Positions 13,507 to 27,020 of a DNA stretch of 64,000 bases are shown one piece after another. The notes below the pieces were generated by a model. It was given only the letters and a program-made list of their open reading frames with translations. It did no database searches and had not been told where the DNA came from. The position numbers were made by a program, and so were the translations under genes. How positions within the stretch are numbered: position 1 is the first letter of the stretch; each line of letters opens with the position of its first letter. Source of the stretch: Octopus sinensis (Eukaryota); NCBI RefSeq assembly GCF_006345805.1, contig NC_042997.1, positions 181,536,001-181,600,000 on the forward strand, in the 5' to 3' direction.

Positions 13507-13579
13507 CGTGAAGTAGATTTCACTTCATATAGACAGTAGAAGTGAAGTAATCCACACTGAAATATGATTCTGTAGAAAT

Positions 13580-14005
13580 AATGTGGCGGTAACCATTATT
13601 TGGCAGAATCGACAAAACGGCGAACAAATATACTCTGAGACATTTTCTTGCACACATTTAAGATTTCTGAGTTCAAATCCAGTCAAAGTTGACTTTGCAT
13701 TTCGCCCTTTGAGAGTCGTTAAAATAAGTATTGATGAAGAACTAGAGTCAATTCATTCGACCACATCCCATATCTCTCAGATCTGTGCACTTGTAGCTCG
13801 CAGAATCGTTAGAACGTAGAACAAGATGTCTTGCGGTTTGTTCCTGCTCTTCACGTTTAGCGTTAAAATCTTACAGAAGTCAGCATTACTTTTCATCCTA
13901 CTGGAATCGATGAAACAAAGTGCCTGCCAAGTACAGGGGTAGGTGGTATCAACTACCCGCCACCTCTCAAAATTTTTGGCTCTGTGCCTAAGTTAGAAAC
14001 CATTA
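13580..14005 (+). mobile_element. Old degenerate family A-like SINE copies
   Basis: ttctgagttcaaatcc..gttgactttgcatttcgcccttt..; tttcatcc..tcgatgaaa; gtgcctaagttagaaacc tail. Confidence 0.6.
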
Positions 14006-14230
14006 TTTCATTGCGCAGTATGAATATAAAATAGTTGTTTTTGTTATTTTTTTTCAACCCAACTGTGAAGCTTTAACCGAGGCCTTAAAGAGAAAGTGCC
14101 TTTTTCATGGGGGCGGGGAGAGTTTTAGAGCCCTTGCATACCTATCTTCTCGTCCAACCGTTCCTGGTTGTACGATAGTTTTTTTTTAGAATTGACGCTA
14201 ATTCTTCGATAATAACTAGTATGATTTTAC

Positions 14231-14802
14231 CTTTGGACATGGAGTTGTAGCATGATACATGACTGTACAAAGCGAGCCTTTGTCTTTTTATCTACATAAG
14301 GAGTGGTTCCTGTCTGCCAGTGTATTTGTCGACTTGCTGTCTGACAAAACTGTTCGTTTTGTACCCTGTGTTCGGGTGTGCAATAGTCTTCTGAAGCAAT
14401 TATGCTCAAATGCTTGGATTCATCACTCCATGTCAGTTGCAAGAGCCCAGTTCTCACACCCATACAGATGGATCGAAGTCACTAGTGTTTATACACACTA
14501 AATCTTGTTGGGAAAATAATGGAATTGCTTTTCCATAGGTTGTCCTGTTTCGTCATGGCAGCAGAGGCTAAACTGAATCATTTTGAGATATGCCGTCCTT
14601 GGTCAAAGTGGGAAGGTGAAAAAGTCAGGCAGAGAAAATTCTGGTTTGACAGCATCAAGGACCGGACAGTTTACAGCACAGCGAACCTGCTACACATGAC
14701 AGAAAACAGAAACCAGTGGCGACGGTTGACTATGAAAGCGTCTAGAGTGGCACCCCAACGACTGGCTGCATCAGTTAAGGGATTTTAATGATGATGATGA
14801 TG
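14231..14802. mobile_element. 5'-truncated RTE-clade LINE with 5' inversion
   Basis: Minus strand 14570->14231 reads ASAAMTK..LWKSNSI..LYGCENW..IQAFEHNCFRRLL..QEPLL..RLALYSHV. Plus strand 14596-14788 reads RQRKFWFDSIKD..NRNQWRRL, followed by a (TGA)n tail. Confidence 0.8.
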
Positions 14803-15829
14803 GCTTTATCGCTAGACATTCCTACATTCCTGATATCTCTAACTTTAGATTAACATATTTAAATTTTCTTTGTCTGGAAAGGTTTTCTCTGAGAGAATTC
14901 TCTATCATGCGGCACTCTTTTTCATGTGTATGTTATTTGCTCTCTTCAATTATTGTCTAGATGTAAAATTCAGATTGTCTGGATGTAAAACTCAGAATTT
15001 TCTGATTTACCAGGCTCATTTAAGCCTTTTCTGGTACGTGATTATGTCACTCGTCTAAAGTATTGTATCCATATTTTTTTTATAAAGTTACCAGCATAAA
15101 TAGTCATGCCAACGCTTGTATTGTTTCTGAGGTAATATTTGGCAGCCTGCTAAATATGTTCTATACTTTTGATTGCATTGCCACTACTTGCTCGTTGAAG
15201 CAGTGGAACAAATATCATTATTCACTCAATTAGTGTTGATCTTGAACAGCCACCAATAAACTCCCAGTTTCTGTTATTAAATCTTCGGTTTGGAGTTACT
15301 CCCACAATGAATTATAATTTTTCATATTCTTGATGTCGCCTTACAACCGCATTTCTTCTAAAGTTCCTTTCTTTCACAAATTATCCTGCTCCAGTACACC
15401 TTCTTCTTTTCAAGTTCAACACAATTCCTAGTTCTGTTACAACATATTTAAATCATTCTTTTTCACCTTGATTAAAATAGTAATTTGCTGAATTTTGCTC
15501 TCCATACATATAAGAAATGCGAATAAGTCTACTCTCTTGAATTTTCCTTTTCATTTATAAGCAACTGATATTTACTTTCCGATGAAGCATTGTATGTATA
15601 ATTCGTGTTTTTCGTGTTTTTCAACTTTCGTTCAATTCATCATGCAAAGATTTATCGCATTTATGAAATTCCTTGATATGAGTGTGATAAGTTTGGACTA
15701 CAATACAAACTTTAATCTTCTTAAGTAACAGGTTGTAACGAAAGTTCTGTTTGTTTTTAAGGCCCAATAAAACAATAAAAAAAACAATATCTGATTTATT
15801 CAATCGTTAATATAGCCCCCATTCTTCTC

Positions 15830-16680
15830 TACGACCACTTTCCATATGTCAATAAGCATTTTAATACCACGTTCATAAGTTTCCTTAAGTTTAGACTTCT
15901 TAATTTACTCAAACGATTCTCTAAACTTATAAAGAGATGGTAATCTGTCGGTGCGAGGTCCGTAGAATATGATAGGTGATGCATAAATTCCTTAGCAATT
16001 TTTTTCTAGGAGATCTTTGGTCTTTTGTGAGTGTGCAGTTTAGCATAATCATGTTGGAGGATGACTCCTCTTCTGATTGTTATTGATGGACGTTTTTTCC
16101 GCAAAGCTGCTTTCAAACGTGTTAGCTGTTGGGAGTACAGATCGGTTGTTATTGATTGATTATCGTCTAGCAGCTCGTGATGAATTATTCCCTGTATATC
16201 CTACCATTCGCTCAGAAGACTTTCCCTTGTATGCAGGCCACTTCTGGATTGCTGAGCTGGCTCTTCAACACGTCTGAGTCACTAATGTTTTCGCTTAACC
16301 TTGTGGTTAAGTATCCATTTTTATCTCCAGTAATGACTATTTAAAACGGCATTTGCAGCACCCAAAATTACAATGATGTAGAGCGGTCAACACGTTGTTT
16401 CTGAATATATGTAGAGAGAGACTATACGAGACCCATTTTCTACCTTTGACATTTTACCAAGCCTTTTCAATCCACGATAAATGATAGCATGGCTCACGTT
16501 GAAACCCGTTTTTAATTTCCGAACTGTAATAGTCGGTTTTCCTTTTAAAAATTTGAAGATGTACTTCTCCCTAGTTTGTAGTCCATGCTGATTTTTTCCA
16601 GTTGTCATTGAGATAGGTGTTAACATATTAACAAATATCATAGGAAACAAATAGTTATTTTAGAATATACCACATTTAAC
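15830..16680 (-). pseudogene. Degenerate mariner transposase
   Basis: GVILQHDYAK..HLSYSTDLAPTDYHLF near 15930-16070; HTH-like FNVSHAIIYRGLKRLGK in ORF 16387-16650. Confidence 0.75.
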
Positions 16681-17026
16681 GAGTTTTTTGTCCAGCATGA
16701 AGTTCGTTTCCTAGCACGTCAAACAAACACTGAGAACCATCAGTCGTTGCCTGCTGTCTTCCATCATACTATTGTCTATGATCAGATGGGCTTTGGTGTG
16801 TTTTGCTTGCTGCTAAAAGACTCTTACTGTTCAGCTGACAATAATTTCTTTTGCACCAAATGATTGTATGTTTTCTCGGATAAAAAAAAAATTCCATAAC
16901 AGATTGAAGAAGGTGATTGTTCGATAATTTTCTACCACATTTCCCGTCGGTAGAGCTTTCATAATCGAAGTTGTTCGTCCTTCAACCATCCACTTTAGAA
17001 CATTCATTTATTATAACTTTGATACA

Positions 17027-17108
<82 letters not shown>

Positions 17109-17171
17109 TACACACACACAAACAAATACACACATACATATAAATATATATACATACATACATAGACACAT

Positions 17172-17345
17172 GGACTACAAGTTCAGATTTATACCCGTGA
17201 TTATTGGACCACTTGGATATGTAACCAACTGCATCGCAATCAATCTTGAGAAATTAGAGTTCCCAAAACGAGAAAGAAGCTAATTAGAAGATCACAGATA
17301 CAAGAAAGCAATATCTGTAAGACTTTCCAAAAGTTTAGCAAATAA
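17172..17345 (+). pseudogene. 3' end of an RLE-type (R4/Dong-like) LINE
   Basis: YKFRFIPVIIGPLGYVTNCIAINLEKL resembles the 'PVIIGALG' C-terminus of RLE elements. Confidence 0.6.
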
Positions 17346-18104
17346 GTACACCTGAACATGACTGTATGTAAAATTACACTGACATAAAGCAAAACACAAC
17401 AGCGCTTGTACTGACCCCAAATATGTACACTCATACACGCATATGCCCACATATGCGCAGCTACCCTATTGTTATTGAAATTCCTGTTGAAAACAACTTA
17501 CAGGGTGGCAACCTTGCCCTGCATAATTACAGGCAAAGTATAACACCCTTTCAGCCACCTTGTTAGGTAAACGGCGAATTCATTGGATTGCAGCATGATG
17601 GATTGTGAAGAGTGCAAGTGAGCAAACAGTGTTTCTTACAATGATGCTAAACGGAGGAATCCCAGAAGATTAACGGACACGACCCACCAAGCTCTATCAA
17701 GAAAGTAACTGCAACGTATCCGTATAGGGGCAACGACGATGGTTGTGTAATCAGCCAATGAAAGATTCACTACGATTCAAGGTCCCAATTCTTATTCATA
17801 ATAATGGAATTGGATGGCGACAGAGTCATGGGAATCTGCGAAAGCAGCGCGCCCGAATACATACATACAGACATACACACATACATATACATATATATAT
17901 ATATACATATATATATATGCATATATATACATATATATATATATATACTATATATATATATATTATATACATATATTATATATATACTATATATTATATG
18001 TATATATATAATATATTTATATATATACATAATATATATATATATACATATATATATACATATATATATATACATATATATATATACATATATATATACA
18101 TATA

Positions 18105-19830
18105 TATACTTTGATACTTTGATACTTTGATACTTTGATAGGTTTCGGCCATTATTGGCCCAGGCCATGTCTAACTTAATAGCACCACCTGGTGAAGTCT
18201 TTCAAGTCAGATTTGGGCACTATGGCCACTCAAGTAGAGAGTTATTGTTTACAGAGACATATCCGGGTGTAGGGGGTTTATCCGGGATTTCTTGAAGGAA
18301 TCTGTCCAAAGACTTCTTGAACCCTATAGGGTCAGTTTCTGTTTTAATGCGTTTGGTGTATGTTAAAGAGAGCGGGGCCAATTGAGGTGAAATAATTGTG
18401 CCGTATTGTTGTTATGAGATGAGAGTGCGATTTTGTTTTGGGCGGATGGCACGGGGCCCAAGCCTTGGATGTACCTTAAAGGTGATGCCAACATCATTTG
18501 GGCAATGCTGATGGAATATTTTCCACATCATGCAGATGATGTAGCGCTCACGACGACGTTGGAGAGAATAGAGTTTTAGCTTTTCTAGTCGACCCCAATA
18601 GTCGAGGCCTGTCATGCCATCTATCTTTTTTGTGATGCCCTTTGAGGTGCTTCGACTTTTATGATACCTTGTATTGTGTGGGGAGACCACAGTGGACAAC
18701 AGTATTCAAGGTGGGGTCGGGCAAAAGTGGAGAAGAGAAGGATAATGGTGTGGATATCTCTCGACTGGAAAGTTCTGAGAATCCAGGAACACATTCTGCG
18801 GGCCATGTCAACTTTGGTGTTATATGAGTGGCCCAGCTTACGTTGTTGTCCACAATTACTCCAAGTCTCTGATGTTGTTGGACGCCGTGAGAGTTCACCT
18901 GAAGGAAGGGAGTATGGGAGTTTCAGGGCATCCTCTTTCCCAAGTGGATTAGCTCAAATTTATCCTCGTTCAGCAGCATATTGTTTTTTTCTGCCCATTG
19001 GATAACAGCCAGTAGATCTGACTGAAGGCATGTCCGGTCACTCGCCTCATTTATGACCTTCTGTAGCTTGGAGTCATCTGCAAAGATTTTTATGTGCTGT
19101 GCTTGATGATGTCATTAATGTCATTAATGTAAATGATGAAAAGAAGTGGGCCCAGCACAGTGCCTTGCGGAACGCCACTACTGACTTTGGCTGGGCTTGA
19201 TTTTACCCCTTCAACTACAACATGTTGAGATCTGTCTGTCAGGAAACACTTAATCCATTTCAGTAACTTTCCAGAGACACCAATGTTGGATAGTTTTTTC
19301 AATAGGATCTTGTGATCGACCCTGTCGAAGGCCTTACTGAAATCAAGGTAGATGACATCGGTGTTGGAGCCTCTCCCAAAGCTCTCAAAATGTCCTCAAA
19401 GTGATGCAGGAGCTGCGTTAGGCAGTCCCTTCCATTACGGAACCCATGTTGGTTGGAGATCAGCCGTCTGTTGCTTTCCAGAAATTGGGTTATTTGAGAT
19501 CTCACCACCCTCTCAAATACCTTGATGATATGAGAGGTGAGTGAGATCGGACGGTAATTCACTGCAAGGGACTTGTTTCCCTTTTTGAAAACTGGGACAA
19601 CAGACTGGGACAGAAGGTTTTTGGAATATAGCCAGCATCCAGTGAGTTTCTCCACAGATTAGCAAGGGGAGATGCAAGTTGGTGTCGACACACCTTCAGG
19701 ACACAAGCAGGGAACCTATCGGGGCCTACTGCTGAATTGTGTTTTATTTCGTTTATCGCCGCTAAGACATCAGGGGCACTAACGTTATGTCCGATATAGT
19801 GTGTTGGGGGTTGACATCACTGATACGCCC
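18105..19830 (-). mobile_element. CR1/L2-group LINE, 5'-truncated ORF2 (RT) with frameshifts
   Basis: VVPVFKKGNKSLAVNYRPISLTS, NQHGFRNGRDCLTQLL, SGVPQGTVLGPLLFIIYIND, FADD near 19075, RPHLEYCCPLWSP, LYSLQRRRERY; 3' tail of GTATCAAA repeats at 18105-18140. Confidence 0.93.
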
Positions 19831-19898
19831 AGATCGGCCATACATATATCTATATATATACAATATATCTATATATACATATATATATATACATAGTC

Positions 19899-19989
<91 letters not shown>

Positions 19990-20290
19990 TATATATAACA
20001 TATATATATATGAAAATAATAATGCAATACGAAAGTATTGCTTTCCAGCAAAAGATAGCCCGTAGGGTAAAATTATACATATAAAAGTAGATAAATGTTG
20101 TTGCACACACGCGTCTTTGCTAGTATATACGCAGTGAAGCTATACAATAGCGTCGTATTTATTACGATGTCTATTTTCAGTAAATATCGGTGCCTCGTTG
20201 TACCATTATTTACTTTTATACATATATATATATATATATATACATATATATATGTATATACATATATATATATATATATTATATATATAT

Positions 20291-20348
<58 letters not shown>

Positions 20349-20407
20349 ATATGCACCACACCCCCATATAATATATATATATATATACACACACACACAC
20401 CACACAC

Positions 20408-20463
<56 letters not shown>

Positions 20464-20523
20464 TATATACACACATATATATATATATATACTATATATT
20501 ATACATATATATATATATATTAT

Positions 20524-20705
20524 GGGGAGAATTCACAAAAAAAAATCCAAAAGACGAAGACAGGTGGTGTAACAACAAACAGATGTATTAGTATAACGCT
20601 CGGGAAGTGAAAAGTCTCTAACGCTTCGAGCCTATGCTCTTCCACAGAAGGAACACAGAAAGAAACAAGGGTAGAAAAAATAAAGAATGTGTAGTGGATA
20701 ACGAT
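20524..20705 (-). mobile_element. ~180-bp (TA)n-embedded repeat with a variant hammerhead-like motif (Penelope pLTR-like), copy 1
   Basis: Homologous in reverse orientation to 55076-55270. Minus strand CCTT CTGTGGAA GAGC ATAG GCTC GAAGCGTT AGAG. Confidence 0.7.
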
Positions 20706-20706
20706 A

Positions 20707-20744
<38 letters not shown>

Positions 20745-20752
20745 ATATATAT

Positions 20753-20806
<54 letters not shown>

Positions 20807-22813
20807 TATATTATATATATATATATAGGGTAACCATTACTCGATATATTTCAAAACAAACAGTTTATTTGAGTCAAAATCTTAGAAGATATAGCAATGA
20901 TAAACTCATATTTTCTCGTTTAAAATCTGCACCACTCGCCATTGCTAAGATTCACTTGATACCGATAGATCTATATAATTGTTTCTCAGCCAAAATGTGC
21001 CCTTTTTTTTACCATTAGTAGTAGCATAACATTTATAGCATTCTATTTCGTGGGCCACCGCCTGTTCGTCGTCTCGTTAGAGAGCTCTGCTAGACGAATG
21101 GTTCTACTCTTAAGTAAGTCTGATATCAACTAATTCATAATTTACGGTGCCATCAGCATTACCTGAACCCATTCTGCAAATAATCTTGGTCCACCACTCC
21201 TAATTTCAAGATAACAGACATTCAGACTGCCAATCAGGTGAAACTAATGCGTTCTGACAAGAGAATACGCAGGGAAAGGAAAAGATACTTATTTTTTTCT
21301 GTTTCCCGAGGGTACTTTAGAAGCTGTTTATTGAAAGTAAACTCAAACACCCCACAGGATGATTGTCTGCATTATTTCATATTCTGCTGATTTCTGATAT
21401 CACCAAAAGACTACCGTTAAAAAATTTTCTTTTTATTTTCGTGGCTCCTTTTTTCTTTGCGAATCATTACTCTGAATTCTTCTCCATTGGATCTTCCCAT
21501 TTATAAATGTGTGTACACACCCCACTCACCACATGTATACACATGCATAGATACCTCTCCTCACAGGCTGGAATCAGTAAAAGCGTGAAAGATAATCTCT
21601 ATACTCTTTCTCTCTGTCTTTCTATATTTAAGTATATTTATGTATATGTATGTACATTGTATGTATGGTATATATGTATGTATGTAAGTATCTTTGCGTG
21701 TGCATTAGATCCTATTATATCTGTTATTATTCTACTGTATTGCAATATCTCTGTACCCTGTGGAAAATAGAAATTATCACTAAACTCATATCAGCGACAT
21801 CGTCATCGTCATTATAATTTTTACTGTACGACTGTAAAATCAGACAGAAATAAATTATAGACGACACTGTCACTGCTGGAAGTAATATAATTAAGAGAAA
21901 ATGTGTTGTGTTTGGGAAATACTAATTTTGTGTGGGGAGTGTTGGTAGTAGTGATGGGGCTTGAAGATATTGTCACATTGAGCAGCCATACAAATACAGC
22001 AAGGAAACTAGAGTTTTTATTCTATGTTAATGTAAGAAAGCAAAGCTTTTGTGTATGCATGCGTGCATGTACGTACGTATGTATGTATGTATGTATGTAT
22101 GTATGTATGTATGTATGTATGTATGTATGTATGTATGTATGTATGTATGAAGTACGTTTCCTTTGGGATTTATTCAAGTTGGCGAATCTAAGTTGGCCAC
22201 AAACCAACTAGTAAGGCTTTTTTGTTTCAGTTAAGACTGGTGTTGGGGGCTTGTGGTCGTGTGAATCGGTTGATGTGTCTATATATGCATGTTTAAGGCC
22301 ATGGATAACGTGTATTTGTGTGTGGGAGATACGAGTTTCATTTTAGTATACAAGTGTTTGTGCTTCAATCTTAAATGTGCGCGTGTGTTCAAGCATTCCA
22401 TATGTATATATGTATATATGGATGTGTGAATAGATATGTATGCGTGAGCGTGTGCGTGTGTGTTTCCCTGTGGGCTCAAACGTAGCCCTGTGTTTAAGAA
22501 GTGCACCTCGCATGTATGAAATCCCTGGTTCCATTCTCCCTGTGTAGAATCTTTTACTTTAGTTTTCGGTCGACCCAAGCATTGTAAATAAAATTGCGAG
22601 GCAGAATATTCGTAAAAGCACATACGTCGACTGTATCGGTAATTCAAAGGGCAATTTTTAAAAACTAAATGTCAGGCTGATGCTGGTCGAAGATCACATT
22701 AAGGATACAAACTATTGCAGAATAGACAACCATTTACGGACTAATACAATGAACAGGTAGTTCTGGTATACTTATAATCGAAACCGACGAACAATGCGTG
22801 TACGTTTACATGT

Positions 22814-22886
<73 letters not shown>

Positions 22887-22898
22887 TATATATATATA

Positions 22899-23117
22899 CT
22901 CTTTTACTCTTTTACTTGTTTCAGTCATTTGACTGTGGCCATGCTGGAGCACCGCCTTTAGTCGAGCAAATCGACCCCAAGACTTATTCTTTGTAAGCCT
23001 AGTACTTATTTTATCGTTTTCTTTTGACGTAAACACACCAGCATCAGTTGTCAAGCGATGTTGGGGGGACAAACACACACACAAACATATACACACACAT
23101 ACATAATATATATATAT

Positions 23118-23167
<50 letters not shown>

Positions 23168-23261
23168 TACATATATACGACGGGCTTCAGTTTACGTCTA
23201 CCAAATCCACTCACAAGGCTGTGGTTGGCCCGAGGCTATAGTAGAAGACACTTGCCCAAGG

Positions 23262-23266
<5 letters not shown>
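22899..23266 (-). mobile_element. SINE family B, head truncated
   Basis: (ctctttta) tail repeats, tcagtcatttgactgtggccatgctggagcaccgcc, agaagacacttgcccaaggtgcc. Confidence 0.88.
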
Positions 23267-23340
<74 letters not shown>

Positions 23341-23544
23341 TGTATGTATGTATGTGTGTGTGTATGTGTGTGTATATGTGTGTGTATGTGTGTGTGTGTG
23401 GTCGTTAATGAAAACCAGAATGCTTTCCATAAAGCCCAAGTAGTGATCTACTTTTTCCTCAATAAAAGCAATATGGTCACCCACAGCACCAGCAAAGCTT
23501 TCGGCTGTGTCTGAAAAGATGCCGATCAGTCATAGAAACTGTCT

Positions 23545-23604
23545 TGTAACGGCTCCACCTTGTAACGGCTCCACCTTGTAACGGCTCCACCTTGTAACGG
23601 CTCA
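23545..23604. repeat. 16-bp minisatellite, about 3.7 copies
   Basis: (TTGTAACGGCTCCACC) repeated. Confidence 0.9.
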
Positions 23605-23609
23605 TCTCT

Positions 23610-24110
23610 TAGATCGGTAGCTTACTATCAGATCACATTATCACCGTATGTATCGACGTAACCTTTTCTCTCCCTCATTCTGTTAATTCCAGAGGGCCCC
23701 AGGGTTTGGTTTTGACCCCCTTTTCTATCCTTCTTTTCATCAATGATATAGCAGTCGCCATACATCCAGCAAGTTTGGTTCATAAGCCCGATCGCAGGAA
23801 AGCTGGGTATGAGAAAACCGAATTTCAAATAATCAGAATGTCGAAAGTTTGAAAGACCAAAAACTATATTTTAATCGTAACCCACAGGCACACTGTCTCC
23901 TCTCTCTCCATTTTCTAGCGCTGCTATAATGCCCTCGGCTCCTCGCATCTAATTGGTGACGCCAATTCCACACACGCACTTCCAACCCACTCGTCTCTTT
24001 TCCTCTCATTCATCTTGTGGTGTCCAGTACCCAGATCCCTTACTAATCGCTATACTAGTCCTTCCTTTCCAGAACATGCACTCTCTGGAATTCTAATTCT
24101 AACATCAGTC
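23610..24110 (+). pseudogene. Degenerate CR1/L2 RT and 3' fragments
   Basis: VNSRGPQGLVLTPFSILLFIND resembles GVPQGSVLxPxLFLxFIND; FLSRTCTLWNS near 24060. Confidence 0.5.
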
Positions 24111-24177
24111 GCATAGGTCTAAAAAGGTATGCAAAGTCCATGAACATTTGCCTGTTCTTGCAGACCCAACAAGCAAT

Positions 24178-24241
<64 letters not shown>

Positions 24242-24663
24242 GGGTGTGTGTGATTCTGTATTAAATTTTGCAATCTTCAGGTTCATGTAGTAATGGTGAC
24301 AGTCATGCTTCACAGTTTTTGACTGTAGCGAGATGATTGAATCTGTGCCTTAAATACAGCTGTGTAGGCTCCAGATTGCTAGGTTTTGCAAAATTTGCAG
24401 AATTTAATGCATGAAAGTACTAGTTCAATCAGAATGAACATTTAACATTCTATTATTTTATTTTATTTTATTATATTATATTATCTTATATCATTATAAG
24501 ATTGTAAATAAAACGTGAAAATCAGACAAGGTTGGAATTCCTTTTATTAATATATATATATATATATATATAACTTAAATCTTTTGAGAAATTACGTAAA
24601 GAGATCCTATACTGTTTTCTGCAAGTATATACCAAATTTGAAATTATTGTATTTATAGTATTA

Positions 24664-25360
24664 ACATTGGTTTCACATTTTGGTACAAGACCAGTAATTT
24701 CGGGGAAGGAAGAAATTCGATTACATCGATGTCCAGTGCTCAACTGGACTTATTTTATCGACTCTGAAAGGATGAAAGGCAAAATTGACCTCGGTAGAAT
24801 TTGAACTCAGAACGTAAAGACAGACGCAAATTGCGATAGGTCTCTTTCTCGTCTTGCTAATAATTCTGCCAACTTGTCGCCCTACTTATAGTATTAATGT
24901 TAACAGTTATATTAAGGCGGTGAGTTGGCAGAATCATTAGCACACCGGAAAAAAATGCTTAGCGGCATTTCGTTCCTCTTCACGTTTTGAGTTCAAATTC
25001 CGCCGAGGTCGACTTTACCTTTCATCCTTTCGGGGTCGATAAATTAAGTACCAGTTACGCACTGGGGTCGATGTAATCGATTTAATACCTATGTCTGTCC
25101 TTGTTTGTCCCTTCTATGTTTAGCCCCTTGTGGGTAATAAAGAAATGGGTGAGTTGGCAGAATCATTAGCACACCGGAAAAAATGCTTAGCGGCATTTCG
25201 TTCCTCTTCAAGTTTTGAGTTCAAATTCCGTCAAGGTTGACTTTGCCTTTCATCCTTTCGGGGGTCGCTAAAATGAGTACTGGTTAAGCAATGGTGTCGA
25301 TGTAATCGAGTTAGCCCCCTCTTCCGAAATTGCTGGCCTTATACCAAAATTTGAAGCCAT
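24664..25360. mobile_element. SINE family A cluster (minus copy 24664-24882, plus dimer 24913-25360, head to head)
   Basis: Family A head and core motifs present in both orientations. Confidence 0.85.
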
Positions 25361-25727
25361 TACTATTATCGTCGTTGTTGTTGTTGTTTACCATGAGTAG
25401 ACGTTGACGTTGTTTAGGATGTCTAATGTGTTTCCTTAAACAACTGGAATATCACCAAGTTTTACTTCTTGCAAAAATATAATTATCATAATTATTTTTG
25501 CTTTTCTTTAGTAATTTTTGTTCTTTACGAGTGCTTACTCCGTTTACCTTGGGTTGGAAAACATAACGGGGTACTGCTTTTTGGAGATTTTTTATATATT
25601 TTATTTTGTAAACATTCGCTTCTTAGTCTGAGTTATCGGTTATAGTTTTTTTTCCCACAGAGGCGGTAATTGCGGATGTGTTCGTAAATATTTTGAAAAG
25701 CAAATTCTTCTTTCTTTTCTTCTCTTT

Positions 25728-26233
25728 TTTTTTATTTGTTTCAGTCATTTGACTGCAGTCATGCTGGAGCACCGCCTTTCGTCGAGCAAATCGACCCAAG
25801 ACTTATTCTTTGAAAGCCTGGTACTTATTCTATTGTTATTCGGTTGTCAAGCGATGTTGGGGGGACAAACACAGACATACAAATACACACATGCACATTG
25901 ATAAAAATGGTAATACAACAAAAGAAAGAAATAGACCTCGATATTATGTAAATAGAGGAATTTATCTGTAAATGTAATATGTGACAATTATTCGTTAGCC
26001 ATGATAAAACTCCGTTTCGGATGCCGAGGTGGAAAGCCACGCCGCCATCTCTTCAGTTATCCGGTCATCATATATATACGACGGGCCTCTTTCAGTTTCC
26101 GTCTACCAAATCCACTCACAAGGCTTTGGTCGGCCCGAGGCTATAGTAGAAGACACTTGCCCAAGGTGTCACGCAGTGGGACTGAACCCGGAACCATGTG
26201 GTTGGTAAGCAAGCTACTTACCACACAGCCACA
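25728..26233 (-). mobile_element. SINE family B interrupted by a ~175-bp hammerhead-bearing insert
   Basis: Head GTGGCTGTGTGGTAAGTAGCTTG..GGGTTCAGTCCC on the minus strand; unrelated sequence at 25898-26070 replaces the internal microsatellite. Confidence 0.85.
26003..26061 (-). ncRNA. Type I hammerhead ribozyme (predicted)
   Basis: GATAA CTGAAGA GATG..GTGG CTTT CCAC..CATC C GAAAC GGA GTT TTATC: stem I GATAA/TTATC, core CUGAAGA and GAAA, minimal stem III, GUU triplet. Confidence 0.7.
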
Positions 26234-27020
26234 ACAATTGTGGAAATAAAGATTACCGATGGTATAAAAAAAAAGACAGAACCAATAAAAGTAGAGATAA
26301 TTAAGCAGACACGTAATTACAAACACATATTTTATATGATGAATACAAGTAGTGCATAACATAAATGTCTGATTTATTTACTGCGGTACGTCTAAAATTT
26401 TCACGCTGAATTTGATTGTGATTTTGGTGATGTTATTCGATTCAATTTCATATATTATGAGAAGTTATCTTTATAATTGTCTATGATATTATCTATAAGT
26501 CATATTTTTATTGAGTGCTATTGAGGATAATTCTGATCTTTAGATATGTGTAATGTTTTATGTTAGTTCTGTTATTTCTATTGCATCCAAAGTGCTTTGG
26601 GTAATATGTCAGCGGTGACTAGTAGTGTTGCAAGCTACCCATTATTGTTACTCCTAGGGTTTTCGGCATTTATTTGTATGCATATGTCCGCGCTACAGTA
26701 CTTAGTACTATTTTGTATATGTTACGTATATATACATATCGTGGGATTTGACTTCTATATTTTTGCTTACAACTTTACTTTGATCAATGCTGAATTACCC
26801 GTTATTATTGAGATTCTGTTTCCAGTCCTTACATTTTAATTATTTCTATTTCCAGATCATTATTTTCCGATAATTTCTCCATTTACGCATATTTAGTTTT
26901 ATTCCCCATGGGTTCTGTGAATTTGTATCTTCAAAGATATAGTTGCTTTGTTATTCTCTAATAATAGCATAACTTCCAATACATACATACATATACCCAC
27001 CCCATATATATATATACATG

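Noticed and set aside
23545-23604. 16-bp repeats as a CRISPR-like array
   Set aside because: Contiguous units with no spacers; an ordinary minisatellite.
17743-24313. Many YI/IY/CV/HT-rich ORFs (also at 48.5-52 kb and 61.8-63.7 kb)
   Set aside because: Translations of (TA)n, (CA)n and (TATG)n microsatellites.
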